Position numbers and translations under genes: made by a program. 64,000 nucleotides of DNA, taken from IMG/VR virus record IMGVR_UViG_3300047462_000211; one strand, 5' to 3'. The notes under the pieces are model-generated. The model saw only the letters and a list, made by a program, of their open reading frames with translations. It did not search any database and had not been told where the DNA came from. The DNA comes from a virus (Duplodnaviria > Heunggongvirae > Uroviricota > Caudoviricetes). Positions 28,842-38,765 of this stretch are shown piece by piece; position 1 is the stretch's first letter; the number at the start of each line of letters is the position of its first letter.

Positions 28842-29149
28842 GAACACTATATGTTCTTGCAGTAAATGAAGAACGAAAACAATATTCCGATAAAGAATAT
28901 TTGGAATTAATTGAAAAATTATTTAATTTATTTGGTACTGGTATAGTTGACTATTACCAATTTAAATCATTAAAGCCTAAATTAAAAAAAGAAATTAAAG
29001 AATTTGTTTCTCAAGAAAATCTTGATGTATTGTTTTCGAATAAATTAAGAAAAACAAAAATTTTAATTGTTTGGTATTTTGATTTTGATTATGAATTTAT
29101 TTATTTTGTAAATGAAAAAGATTTAGCTATGGCTAAATTGGTGTTATAA
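28838..29149 (+). CDS. Hypothetical protein (103 aa)
   Basis: ORF track. Confidence 0.4.
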   Translation: MRTLYVLAVNEERKQYSDKEYLELIEKLFNLFGTGIVDYYQFKSLKPKLKKEIKEFVSQENLDVLFSNKLRKTKILIVWYFDFDYEFIYFVNEKDLAMAKLVL

Positions 29150-29611
29150 AAATATCAAACTTTGCAAAGATTTATATCCGTCTCTCAAAACATTTTTTAT
29201 TTCATCTTCTGATAAATCTTTTGAGGCGACTTGGTTTTCGTTTGGTGAAACCGTAATATGTAAACGATACCCAATTTCGCCTTCAAGAGCCATTGGTTTA
29301 AGAGTTAACCAAATCCATTTTGCATCATTTGCAACTATTTCTAAACCAGAAACTTTTACATAATTTCTATTTAAAGCAAGCCGTTCCCAAGCAGAATTCT
29401 CGGTCCATGGATAATCTTTTGATAATTCTTCTGGTAAGAAACTCGAATCTAATTCTCTGGCAAAGGCTCTTAGCATTTTTAATGATATAGAATTATCAAT
29501 TTCAAAATCTCTGTATTTTCTTTTTACATAGATACCCAAGTCACCAAATACTGGTGTATCGGTTTGTAGAATTGGATTAAACCAACAATTTAAATGTCCT
29601 GGCTTTGTCAT
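29144..29611 (-). CDS. Hypothetical protein (155 aa)
   Basis: ORF track. Confidence 0.45.
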   Translation of the reverse strand: MTKPGHLNCWFNPILQTDTPVFGDLGIYVKRKYRDFEIDNSISLKMLRAFARELDSSFLPEELSKDYPWTENSAWERLALNRNYVKVSGLEIVANDAKWIWLTLKPMALEGEIGYRLHITVSPNENQVASKDLSEDEIKNVLRDGYKSLQSLIFL

Positions 29612-29622
29612 TTATATATTAT

Positions 29623-29967
29623 TTATGTTAATAATTTTGCTAACGTGCAATCTGATTGATTTTTGAAATAAAAATTATTTTTAACAATTAATTTATAAGG
29701 AAATTCTAATGGCATTGTTTCATAAGAAAATTTCCATTTTTTTTCATTAAAATTATTGTTGTTTGTGAAAAATTTTATTTCTAGTGGACAATAAAATTCA
29801 TAAAATCCTAATCCAAAAATATTATAATAAGTTTGAAAAATTTCTAAACCAAATAACTCACCGTATGATATAAATTGTTTTTCAAGTTTTATTATAACTG
29901 AATGGCAAAAAATATATTCATCTGTATGGCAAGTTGCATTTTCATATCTGTTTTCTTTTTTCATCAC
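29623..29967 (-). CDS. Small protein, member of the ..SDC(V/T)L.KLL C-terminal paralog family
   Basis: C-terminus FKNQSDCTLAKLLT resembles FENKSDCVLYKLLGGE of 38935..39120. Confidence 0.4.
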   Translation of the reverse strand: MMKKENRYENATCHTDEYIFCHSVIIKLEKQFISYGELFGLEIFQTYYNIFGLGFYEFYCPLEIKFFTNNNNFNEKKWKFSYETMPLEFPYKLIVKNNFYFKNQSDCTLAKLLT

Positions 29968-30623
29968 AATTTTCCAATAATTGTTGAAATTTTAGGTCTA
30001 TCTTCAAAAAGAGGATAAACCTGTGTTGGGTCAACGATAATCCATGATTTATCACCATTGCCTTCTGCAATGTTTTCAAAACAAACTCCATCATATCCTT
30101 TGTCTAAAAGCATGACATTCACGATTTCATTTTTCTTATCATATGTCAATTTTTTTATTTGCTGTTCTGAATATCCCGCTTCCAATAATATACCAACATA
30201 TTCTGGGTTTAACGCATTGATTTTCTTTGAAAAAAACGCAATATCTTTACTCATATATAATGGATTTGCAATATGTAAAAATGCAGGAATAATCATCGCA
30301 TGTTTGGGATAGATATCATATTCGTCATAAGTTCCCCAAGGATGTTCCCTGACAATTTTTAATTGGTCAGCGTGTTTGATATAATCTTCATGTAAATGTC
30401 TGTAGACAATTGAATCGGGGTCTCCAAACAACATACGCAATCTTTGATTTTCGGTTTCGTATGTTCCAAATTGCATCAAAATATGATAAGTTTTGTTTGG
30501 AATAATTGTTCCATGAAAAACGATTAAAGGATAACCATCTTTATCCAAAACTTTTGAATGACCTACCCATGACCAAAAGTTATAATCATTTTTTCTTATG
30601 TAGTAATTATCTTGGAATTTCAA
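29964..30623 (-). CDS. Hypothetical protein with HGT motif; possible H-Y-E-class ADP-ribosyltransferase / Tpt1-like fold
   Basis: PLIVFHGTIIPNK resembles the strand-1 HG(S/T) motif of DT/PARP/Tpt1-type ART folds. Speculative. Confidence 0.3.
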   Translation of the reverse strand: MKFQDNYYIRKNDYNFWSWVGHSKVLDKDGYPLIVFHGTIIPNKTYHILMQFGTYETENQRLRMLFGDPDSIVYRHLHEDYIKHADQLKIVREHPWGTYDEYDIYPKHAMIIPAFLHIANPLYMSKDIAFFSKKINALNPEYVGILLEAGYSEQQIKKLTYDKKNEIVNVMLLDKGYDGVCFENIAEGNGDKSWIIVDPTQVYPLFEDRPKISTIIGKL

Positions 30624-31203
30624 AATTTTCTCTTTTTATTTTTATGTAAATATTTTCTCTACTTTCATCAAACAATTTTATAATTTTTTCTGTTGGATTT
30701 TTTATGTAATATATTGCTGTAAAATCTTGCATTATCGCTTCCAATTGAATATTTTCAGATGGATTTTTTAAATATCCAATTAACAAAGGATTTTTCTTTA
30801 CTGTCAATAATTGAACATTTTCTGTTGGTTTTTTTATATATTGTATAACATCTGGGTCAAGTTCTATAGCCGTCAATTGAACATTTTCAGATGGATTGTC
30901 TATCCATTTAATATATTTTGGAAAATATTTTATTCCTGCTAATTGAAATTCTTCTGATGGATTATCGATTTTATTAAATTTATAATCTAATTCTTGTAAA
31001 TCAGAAAGATACAATAATTTGAATAAAACCAAATCTTCGTTGTTGGCAAATTGAATTGTTTGTTTCGTGCCATCATATGTTATATTCTGAACCAAATTAT
31101 TATCTTTAAGGAATTCTTTTAAATAAGCATTAGCATATATCGAATGCTTTTCATCGTCTGTTGGAAATTGTAAAGTTATATCAACAAAATAATATTTACC
31201 CAT
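30607..31203 (-). CDS. Repeat protein with tandem NPSEN(V/I)QL.AI..dp..I.YIK degenerate repeats (DUF4116-like)
   Basis: At least four visible repeats in the C-terminal half. Confidence 0.5.
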   Translation of the reverse strand: MGKYYFVDITLQFPTDDEKHSIYANAYLKEFLKDNNLVQNITYDGTKQTIQFANNEDLVLFKLLYLSDLQELDYKFNKIDNPSEEFQLAGIKYFPKYIKWIDNPSENVQLTAIELDPDVIQYIKKPTENVQLLTVKKNPLLIGYLKNPSENIQLEAIMQDFTAIYYIKNPTEKIIKLFDESRENIYIKIKRENFEIPR

Positions 31204-31777
31204 TTGCAGTTTCTTTCAATTTCTTCAAAACATTTTCCAACATCTCTTTTTTGGAATTATTTCCAGTAATTAAAATATATTTTTTAAAATTATCAAGATA
31301 TCTTCCAAACCAACCTTCATTTAATTGAAACAAATCAATAATTGTTGGTTCAAATTTTGCCAATAATGGAACATATTCAATAATTCTTGGTTCTGGTTTT
31401 CCTTCAAGTAAATGCTTTGGAGTGACAATAGAATCATTCCAAACAACCAACCAAAGATTTTCAATTTTATCTTTATCTTTTATTCCATAACCACTCCAAT
31501 ACGTTTTTGTTTTCCAAAAAATATAAGGATTATGCACCGAATTTAATTTTTTTCCAATTAACGAATCGCCATATCCCCATGACATAAATTCTTTGAAATC
31601 TCTGACATTAGTATTTGGTGATTTATTTTTGTTAAACTCAGACAGACATTTTTCAACAAAAGATATGTTTATACCAACAAAGGGTTCGTTAAACATTTTG
31701 CTAATTTTTCTACCAAATTCGTTGTATTCAACAACGTAATCATGTATTTCATTATATGTTTCTGGAATTTTTTTCAT
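31196..31777 (-). CDS. Hypothetical protein (193 aa)
   Basis: ORF track. Confidence 0.45.
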   Translation of the reverse strand: MKKIPETYNEIHDYVVEYNEFGRKISKMFNEPFVGINISFVEKCLSEFNKNKSPNTNVRDFKEFMSWGYGDSLIGKKLNSVHNPYIFWKTKTYWSGYGIKDKDKIENLWLVVWNDSIVTPKHLLEGKPEPRIIEYVPLLAKFEPTIIDLFQLNEGWFGRYLDNFKKYILITGNNSKKEMLENVLKKLKETANG

Positions 31778-32047
31778 TCAAAATCATCCAAATAAAGTAA
31801 TTGCGCAGCTTCAGAATAAAAGGGTGAAGATTTTAGTCCGTCTTTATAACCATCTTTATAAGAATCATAATCCCATTTAGAACATGCAGTGCAATTTGCT
31901 AAATCAGCCGTAAGTGTTGTCAAATCTGGATTTATTTTTTTTTACATAATTAAAAGCATTTTTCTTACCACGCTCATATTCGTTTTTCCCGGTATTGATA
32001 TGGTGTTTTCGTTTTACAAATCCAAGAAAAAAATCTAATGAATATAT

Positions 32048-32638
32048 TCATTCATATAACTCCAATATGGCATTTGTTCCTGCATCAACAATATCCCGAC
32101 GAGACCCTATTCCCGCATATACCAAACCATCTTTAAATTTTGGGGGAGATATGATTTCATTCCAATTTGTTCCAGACCATTCATGCCATTTTTCTGTAAT
32201 CTGACAAAATACATAACACGGACAAGCATTGAAATTATTTTTTACAACAAACATTGCAGTTGCCCAAGCGGTTCCTCCAGCAATTTTTCCTTGTTCAATT
32301 TTTGAAACTGCATAACAAGCATCAGAATCTTTGATTTGATAATAATTTCTTCGAAGAAGATTATTTACGTAAAGACTACTTGAAGGAAATTTCCTTCCCA
32401 CAACTTCATTGGCTTGAATCAAATATTCATCAGCAATATTCAATTCATCTTGTGTTAAAACATGAATATAGGATAACTGTTTATTGTCTTTTTCAAATTT
32501 TAATTTATGATTTTTGAATGTAAAATGAACTAAATCATGACCAGCAGCAAGCGCACAAGCGCCGAAAATAGAATCAGCCCCTTCTGCTCCACCACTCATA
32601 CAAACGCTTTTTACAATTTCCATAAATATCCTTAGCAT
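32048..32638 (-). CDS. Rossmann-fold DprA/LOG (SLOG)-like protein
   Basis: N-terminal SGGAEGADSIFGACALAAGH and later KIAGGTAWAT resemble DprA/Smf and LOG Gly-rich nucleotide-binding motifs. Confidence 0.35.
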   Translation of the reverse strand: MLRIFMEIVKSVCMSGGAEGADSIFGACALAAGHDLVHFTFKNHKLKFEKDNKQLSYIHVLTQDELNIADEYLIQANEVVGRKFPSSSLYVNNLLRRNYYQIKDSDACYAVSKIEQGKIAGGTAWATAMFVVKNNFNACPCYVFCQITEKWHEWSGTNWNEIISPPKFKDGLVYAGIGSRRDIVDAGTNAILELYE

Positions 32639-32707
32639 AATACCATGAAAAAGTCACTGGTAAAAAATAAATTCTGATAGATTCTTTGATATCATTAATT
32701 AATATCT

Positions 32708-32953
32708 TCATTTTGAAATCTTGTCCGCTTTTTTCTGCACTTCTTTTCGTGCACAAGATTTCCAAATATGACCAAAATTTTTCCACCAACGCGCTTTATC
32801 TTCTGGTGTATCGTTATTCCCAACCATCCAAACAGCCGCTTCCAATTCTGCAATTCTATCAGCCGCCAAATTCAAAACATCACGAATTTGTGCGCCATCA
32901 GAAAAAATGGAATTCGCCGCCGTTTTAACTTGTGATAAAACTGATTTTTTCAT
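32708..32953 (-). CDS. Hypothetical protein (81 aa)
   Basis: ORF track. Confidence 0.35.
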   Translation of the reverse strand: MKKSVLSQVKTAANSIFSDGAQIRDVLNLAADRIAELEAAVWMVGNNDTPEDKARWWKNFGHIWKSCARKEVQKKADKISK

Positions 32954-33406
32954 TTAACTTCCCATTGCCAATGACCAAGTATCGCCTTGTTTATAACCGC
33001 CTTCTAATACCAAATCACCAATATCATGACCCCAAATGCCATATTTCCCATGAGATTTTTTGCGGTTTAACATACCAGAAATATGTCCAGGGTCTTCGCC
33101 TTCTTCTTCATAGATTTTCTTATATGAAGAAATAACTGCTTCAATAAATTGTTTCAAAGTCCAAGAAGAACCATCTTCATGAGTTAATTCAAAACTCGCA
33201 TGATTGGTCAAAGGATAGGTTATTTTGAATTTAATGATATTTGATTTTTCGATGATTTTGTTTTCATCTGTCATCCCTTTATAATCATCAGGACCAGGAA
33301 ACATTTCACCACCACCAATATCAATTGGTTCGCGAAGATTTAATCTTTCACCATCACAAATATCAACAACACAAAGAAATTTTTTCATTTCAGTTTTTCC
33401 TACCAA
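32954..33406 (-). CDS. Hypothetical protein (150 aa) with GIWGHDIGDLVLEGG motif
   Basis: ORF track. Confidence 0.45.
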   Translation of the reverse strand: MVGKTEMKKFLCVVDICDGERLNLREPIDIGGGEMFPGPDDYKGMTDENKIIEKSNIIKFKITYPLTNHASFELTHEDGSSWTLKQFIEAVISSYKKIYEEEGEDPGHISGMLNRKKSHGKYGIWGHDIGDLVLEGGYKQGDTWSLAMGS

Positions 33407-33600
33407 AAAAATAATTCAACAAGGTCATCAATTTCTAATTCTAAATGAATCAATTTGTTTTCCAAATTAAATTCAATAAAAAATCCTAATATATTTTCAC
33501 TTTTAAAATAATAAGGACCAGAAGACAAAACATGCACCACGTGACCGCGATACATAATATCTTGTCCAGCTTTGATTTTTTCTGCTTTGCGTAATATCAT
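33400..33600 (-). CDS. Hypothetical protein (66 aa)
   Basis: ORF track. Confidence 0.3.
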   Translation of the reverse strand: MILRKAEKIKAGQDIMYRGHVVHVLSSGPYYFKSENILGFFIEFNLENKLIHLELEIDDLVELFFW

Positions 33601-33814
33601 TCAATGTGCTTAAATTAAATAAAAACTCTTGTCAAGTAATTTTTATTCAGAATCACAAGGTTTTTGGACAAACTTTTCTATATTTTGAGACGAATTTTTT
33701 TCTTTTGTTGTTCTTTCGACAATTACGTTATAATACAAATAAGCAAATTTTGTTGAGTGAAAAACGTTATCTTCCCAAATACCATCAGTGCGTTTAATTT
33801 TGTCCATACATTAT

Positions 33815-34120
33815 TTATTTTTCCCCATGAAAAATATCACCAAGTTTTGCCAAGGTTAATTGTATTTCGAATTCCTTATGAAATTTAGGAAAAAATCTTT
33901 CAATTTTATCATAATCGGTATAATCTTTGTAATTTTTGTTATTGATTTTTTCACGACATAATGAACGTAATTTACTATCATCAGGATAACGTTTAAATGT
34001 TATTTTTTTATTTCCACGTCTACCCCAAAAATTTATATAACCGCTTGGGGTTAAAATCCATCCCCAATATTTATCATGTGTGTCTTCATGGCACCAAAGA
34101 AACTTGTCGATTTTTAGCAT
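33815..34120 (-). CDS. WGR-domain protein (101 aa)
   Basis: DKYWGWIL...INFWGRRGNKKITFKRY...KINNKNYKDY matches the WGR consensus (dKFY.lql...wGRiG..G...f.s.....f.kli.eK.kGY). Confidence 0.6.
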   Translation of the reverse strand: MLKIDKFLWCHEDTHDKYWGWILTPSGYINFWGRRGNKKITFKRYPDDSKLRSLCREKINNKNYKDYTDYDKIERFFPKFHKEFEIQLTLAKLGDIFHGEK

Positions 34121-34494
34121 TGTTCACTCCAAGAACTATGTTGATTTTCTATATCAACCAAAACTTCAAACAATTCTTCAACAGGTAATTTCTCATATTC
34201 TTGAAAAACATCATGTATCCAGATATTATCAAAATTGCATCCAAGTTGTTTTAGTTTTAACATTTCTTCACCTACAGTTAAAATAAAAGCATTAATATTT
34301 AAAACTCTTGGATTTTTTGTTTTTGTAATCATATTTGAAAAACTGTTCAAAAAGAAAATATATCGAACGGGTCTGCCATTAATAAAAACATATTTTATAT
34401 TATCAATTACAGCAAACATTGGTTTTGCTAATTTTGATAATACAATTTGATGTTCAACTGTTAAAGGCACTTTCTGTAGTGAATTTTCCATCAA
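34114..34494 (-). CDS. Hypothetical protein (126 aa)
   Basis: ORF track. Confidence 0.4.
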   Translation of the reverse strand: MMENSLQKVPLTVEHQIVLSKLAKPMFAVIDNIKYVFINGRPVRYIFFLNSFSNMITKTKNPRVLNINAFILTVGEEMLKLKQLGCNFDNIWIHDVFQEYEKLPVEELFEVLVDIENQHSSWSEQC

Positions 34495-35083
34495 TTATAC
34501 AATCTTTCCATTTATCAAACAAAAATACTTTAGATACAACATTGGGTTCTGGAATAAATCCATAACTCAGATATTTGGTTAATCTTTCTGGCGAAGTAAT
34601 ATGCTTATAGGTATCAGTAAATTGCAATATTTTTTTCTGATTATGTTCATGGAAATCTTTATGCAATACAAAGTTCTTTCCATCAGTAATACCATTACAA
34701 CAAGTAAAATCAATTGATTCCAAAACATCTTTCCATGAATTAAAAAATATAAATTTTACAAAATTAAATGTGATGATACTATCTTTTGCTTTTAAATTAC
34801 AAAATTTACTGATTTTTCTATATTGTTCTTCATCTTTGAAATAAACATCAACATCTCTTGGTAATTTATCTTCAAATTTATTGCGAACATAGCCACCAGC
34901 AATCCAAGGACCATTTTCTAAATCAAAAATTTTATTGTCAGAAAAATCATCATTTATAAAAGTGCCATGATAATATTTCGAATCTGATAAATAATTAGAA
35001 AGAGAATTATCGAATGCCTTATCAGATTCTAAACGCGGATGGAACTTTATTACTGACTTTAGCGGATGACGTAATTGATACAT
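34454..35083 (-). CDS. Minimal Pol-beta-superfamily nucleotidyltransferase (GG-type, CCA/PAP head-like)
   Basis: AGGYVRNKFEDKLPRDVDVYF fits the GGxVRD...D.D nucleotidyltransferase head motif. The track ORF extends to 35281 but that overlaps the conserved start of the tail-fibre gene at 35014 on the other strand. The only downstream Met is at 35083. Confidence 0.5.
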   Translation of the reverse strand: MYQLRHPLKSVIKFHPRLESDKAFDNSLSNYLSDSKYYHGTFINDDFSDNKIFDLENGPWIAGGYVRNKFEDKLPRDVDVYFKDEEQYRKISKFCNLKAKDSIITFNFVKFIFFNSWKDVLESIDFTCCNGITDGKNFVLHKDFHEHNQKKILQFTDTYKHITSPERLTKYLSYGFIPEPNVVSKVFLFDKWKDCIIDGKFTTESAFNS

Positions 35084-36450
35084 CCACAACTTCACTTTCT
35101 CTCTTAGGGAAAGATGCTTCTGGTTATGGTCAATATATTGCTGACAATTTTGTTCAACTTCTTGAAAATTTTGCAAGCCCGAATCCTCCAAATAGTCCAC
35201 AAGCTGGACAATTATGGTATAATAAAGGGTCATCATTATTAAGTGTATATAATTCTTCAACTTGGATTCCATTAGCCACACAAGCTTGGGTTAGTTCTCA
35301 AAATTATGTTTTACAAAGCACATTAACGAATTTTGCATCTCAAAGTTTTGTATTACAACAAGTTGCTGCCAACATAGTCAACACAGCCCTTACAGGCACG
35401 CCTACAGCCCCTACAGCATCTTTAGGTACTAACTCATCCCAAATTGCTACAACTGCCTTTGTAACTTCTTCAATCAATTTAATTAACGTAAATCACACAC
35501 TTACAATAACAGGCGATGTTACAGGCACAACGCCTTATGGAACAGCTAATGAATCCTTTGCCTTAACATTAGCGCCATCTGGTGTAACACCAGGAACATA
35601 TAATTCAGTTGTTGTTAATTCTAAAGGATTGGTTATTTCTGGTAGTGTAACAAATACTGGCGGCGGAAGTGGCGGTGGAACAACATTTACAACACCAGTA
35701 CAATTTGATAACTCAACAAATGTTGCAACAACCGCTTTTGTTCAAAGAGCACTTGGTAATTATTCAAATTATGTAAATGTTAATTCACAAGGAACAATCG
35801 TAACTTCGCAACTTGGTTCATCGATTGCGATTAATTCCACAACAAATAATTCTTATATCACAACAATCCCAGAAGCCGTAAATGCTTCTACTTTTCTTTC
35901 TTTTTATAATAATTCAACAGTTAATCAACAAATCCAAACAACGAATTCAAAATTCTATGGTCCAAATGGTTCTGGAACAACAACATTTACGATATATCCA
36001 AACGAAGTAATTGATGTTGTTGCAAATGGAACAAATTGGATAGTTAAATTAAATAAAATGAGAACCAGTGCTGGTCCATCTGTTTGGAATTATAGCGCAT
36101 CAACTGTACAACCAACTTATGTTTGGGGAACAAATGATGGAATAAACATGAACATTTATAATCCATCAAATTTAAATGTTGCTACAGTTTCTTCAATCGC
36201 TTGGAATAATGTAATTGGCAAACCAACAGATTTATCTTATTTCACAAATGGTCCAGGCTATATTGCTGGTGGTGTTAGAACAGCAGCAGGAATTGCCGTA
36301 GGTTCTCCAACTGGAAATTGTGGTAATTGTGGCGGTGTTGCAACAGGAAATTGCACAACATATTTAACTTTGAACACAACAGGAAGTTTTAGTATGACAT
36401 ATGATGTTGTTAATTGCACAACACCAACAGACTGTTCTAATTGCGGTTAA
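35014..36450 (+). CDS. Tail fibre protein (478 aa) with Phage_fiber_2 repeat and Cys-rich tip
   Basis: N-terminal module (..GYGQY..DNFVQLLENFA...P.AGQLWYN) shared with 51290, 52556 and 53685. TGTPTAPTASLGTNSSQIATTAFV equals the phage tail-fibre repeat. C-terminus GNCGNCGG..GNC..NC..DCSNCG. Confidence 0.8.
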   Translation: MPYQILNADGTLLLTLADDVIDTSTTSLSLLGKDASGYGQYIADNFVQLLENFASPNPPNSPQAGQLWYNKGSSLLSVYNSSTWIPLATQAWVSSQNYVLQSTLTNFASQSFVLQQVAANIVNTALTGTPTAPTASLGTNSSQIATTAFVTSSINLINVNHTLTITGDVTGTTPYGTANESFALTLAPSGVTPGTYNSVVVNSKGLVISGSVTNTGGGSGGGTTFTTPVQFDNSTNVATTAFVQRALGNYSNYVNVNSQGTIVTSQLGSSIAINSTTNNSYITTIPEAVNASTFLSFYNNSTVNQQIQTTNSKFYGPNGSGTTTFTIYPNEVIDVVANGTNWIVKLNKMRTSAGPSVWNYSASTVQPTYVWGTNDGINMNIYNPSNLNVATVSSIAWNNVIGKPTDLSYFTNGPGYIAGGVRTAAGIAVGSPTGNCGNCGGVATGNCTTYLTLNTTGSFSMTYDVVNCTTPTDCSNCG

Positions 36451-36845
36451 ATAATAATTATTGGGAAACCACGCACCGCACCAGCCGTTTCTATATATAA
36501 TTCTCCATTATTGTTAATTTTTAATTTTCCCTTAAAAAATAATCTTGTCGATTCCAAACGCCAAACTTCATCTGTTCTAAATATATCTGGTACTAAATCA
36601 TTAGTTGGTTTAAAAACTTTGGAATGACCATGAATCGCATAAACAAAATATTTTTGTTTTGGATTTGTTATAATTGTTGTTTTCCAATCATCATACCCAC
36701 CAATCGCCATCAAACATTTTTCTATTGATGGAGCAAAACATATTCTTTTTATTTTGTGGTCTTCAACTGGGTCCATTTTTGATGGAATTTGAGGGTCAAA
36801 CCAAACAGTTTTCCCATGATATTTTTCTGACAAATGATAATACAT
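36447..36845 (-). CDS. Hypothetical protein (132 aa)
   Basis: ORF track. Convergent with the fibre gene. Confidence 0.45.
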   Translation of the reverse strand: MYYHLSEKYHGKTVWFDPQIPSKMDPVEDHKIKRICFAPSIEKCLMAIGGYDDWKTTIITNPKQKYFVYAIHGHSKVFKPTNDLVPDIFRTDEVWRLESTRLFFKGKLKINNNGELYIETAGAVRGFPIIII

Positions 36846-36875
36846 GAAAATATATTATCATAATTAAGTTTTCTG

Positions 36876-37100
36876 TCAAGAAGATTTTGCAAGTTTTAAA
36901 AATACCAAAAATCTTTCAAATTCTACTTTCAATGTCGGGTTTTCTTCTATTGTTTGCCAGATTGTTTTATAATACAATAATTCTTTTTGATATTCTTCAA
37001 CCGCATCTTCCAAAACTCTTACATCAATCTGTAATTGTTGTATTTTTTCATACAATAAATGAATTTTGTATCTGTCATCATCTGAATCGCCATAAAACAT
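36876..37100 (-). CDS. Small coiled-coil protein, paralog of 37100..37399
   Basis: C-termini align: NPTLKVEFERFLVFLKLA against NPSLQSEWVKFVTFIKLIA. Confidence 0.5.
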   Translation of the reverse strand: MFYGDSDDDRYKIHLLYEKIQQLQIDVRVLEDAVEEYQKELLYYKTIWQTIEENPTLKVEFERFLVFLKLAKSS

Positions 37101-37399
37101 TATTTCAATTTCTCAATTTCTTCTGGTTCAGCAATCAATTTGATGAAAGTCACGAATTTTACCCATTCAGATTGTAAAGATGGATTTGCTTGTATCAAAG
37201 CAGTTAAATAATCATAATATTCAGCACTTTTTCTTTTAGATTCCCACATGTTTATTTGTCTACTCAACCTGTCTTCTGTTCGCATCAACAACGTTATTTT
37301 ATTCTCCATCAATTCAATTTGAGTATTTAATTCTTGAATTTTTCTCTTCAATAAAATATTTTCAGTTTCTTCAATGTTAATTTTTAATTCTTCTTGCAT
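37100..37399 (-). CDS. Small coiled-coil protein, paralog of 36876..37100
   Basis: See the paralog entry. Heptad-rich N-terminal half. Confidence 0.5.
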   Translation of the reverse strand: MQEELKINIEETENILLKRKIQELNTQIELMENKITLLMRTEDRLSRQINMWESKRKSAEYYDYLTALIQANPSLQSEWVKFVTFIKLIAEPEEIEKLK

Positions 37400-37457
37400 A
37401 AAAATATCGTATCAAAAAAATATATCAAGTTCAATATTATTATGTTATAATTATTTT

Positions 37458-38765
37458 ATGGCAACATTTAAATTACATACAGTATCGGCAACAACTGGTG
37501 ATAAAAAAATATTTTATTATGATAATGAATTTTCAACATTAGTAGATGAAAATGGCGAAAACATAATTAATCAAGAAAACAAAAAACAATTTAATGATTG
37601 GATTGCGATTAGTAAAGATAAACCAGGAATAAAAACATCACCAAAAATAATCAAAATACAAATGGGATTATCATGTAATTATTCCTGTTTCTATTGCAGC
37701 CAAAGATTTGTGCCACATGCAGAAGAAACAAATAAAAATAATATAGAAAAATTCATGAAAGATTTACCAAAATGGTTTTCAAGTAATGATGGAACAGATT
37801 GTTCAATCGAATTCTGGGGCGGTGAACCATTTGTATATTGGAAAACAATGCAACCATTAGCAGAAGAATTAAAACAAAAATACCCAAATGCAAAAATGTC
37901 AGTCATTACAAATGGTTCTCTTTTAGATACAGAAAAAAATATCTGGTTAGATGAAATGGATTTTGCAGTTGCAATCTCGCATGATGGACCAGGACAAATT
38001 ATTCGTGGACCAAATCCATTAGATGATGAAGAAAATAAAAAATCTATATTGGATTTATATAATAGATTAAGACCAAAAAATAAAATTACTATCAATGCCA
38101 TGGTTAATAAAAATAATATCAACAGAGAAGCAATACATGATTATTTAAAAGAATTTTTTGGTGAAGATGTGCCTATTGGTGAAGGTGGATTTATTGACCC
38201 TTATGATGAAGGCGGAATGCAATCTTGTTTTGAAACACAAGAAGAACATATCAACTATAGAAATAATTATTTGATTGAAATACGAAACGGTAAAGTTAAA
38301 AACTTCGTAAACATAATGCAAAAAATAAACGATTTCTATCATTCAATTTGTGATAATAGACCATCAAAATCGTTGGGTCAAAAATGTGGCATGGATAATC
38401 CAGAAAATATTTCTGTTGATTTAAAAGGCAATGTTTTAACATGCCAAAATGTTTCATCAGTTGCAAAAAGCATGAATGGAGAAAATCATAAAATTGGACA
38501 TGTAAATGATTTAGAAAATGTTAAATTAAATACCGCAACACATTTCTCAAATCGTAAAGAATGTTTGGATTGTCCCGTTCTACAATTATGCAAAGGTAGT
38601 TGTATGTTTCTCGAAAATGAATTCTGGGAAAAAGGATGCGATTCATCTTTTAGTGATAATATTCCATTATTCGCATCAGTTATTGAAGCAATTACTGGAT
38701 ATCTGCCTGTTTATATTGATGGACCACAAAGAGAAGAAAGAAAAAATATTTTTTGGAGTCTTTGA
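37458..38765 (+). CDS. Radical SAM enzyme with C-terminal SPASM-type cysteine cluster
   Basis: CNYSCFYC (Cx3Cx2C), GGEPFVYW and ITNGSLL motifs. C-terminal CGMDNPEN...TCQN...CLDCPVLQLCKGSC. First ATG in context at 37458. Confidence 0.8.
   Translation: MATFKLHTVSATTGDKKIFYYDNEFSTLVDENGENIINQENKKQFNDWIAISKDKPGIKTSPKIIKIQMGLSCNYSCFYCSQRFVPHAEETNKNNIEKFMKDLPKWFSSNDGTDCSIEFWGGEPFVYWKTMQPLAEELKQKYPNAKMSVITNGSLLDTEKNIWLDEMDFAVAISHDGPGQIIRGPNPLDDEENKKSILDLYNRLRPKNKITINAMVNKNNINREAIHDYLKEFFGEDVPIGEGGFIDPYDEGGMQSCFETQEEHINYRNNYLIEIRNGKVKNFVNIMQKINDFYHSICDNRPSKSLGQKCGMDNPENISVDLKGNVLTCQNVSSVAKSMNGENHKIGHVNDLENVKLNTATHFSNRKECLDCPVLQLCKGSCMFLENEFWEKGCDSSFSDNIPLFASVIEAITGYLPVYIDGPQREERKNIFWSL

Noticed and set aside
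36887-37177. Plus-strand ORF 36887..37177
   Set aside because: It overlaps the paralogous pair of minus-strand coiled-coil genes, which have mutual sequence support.
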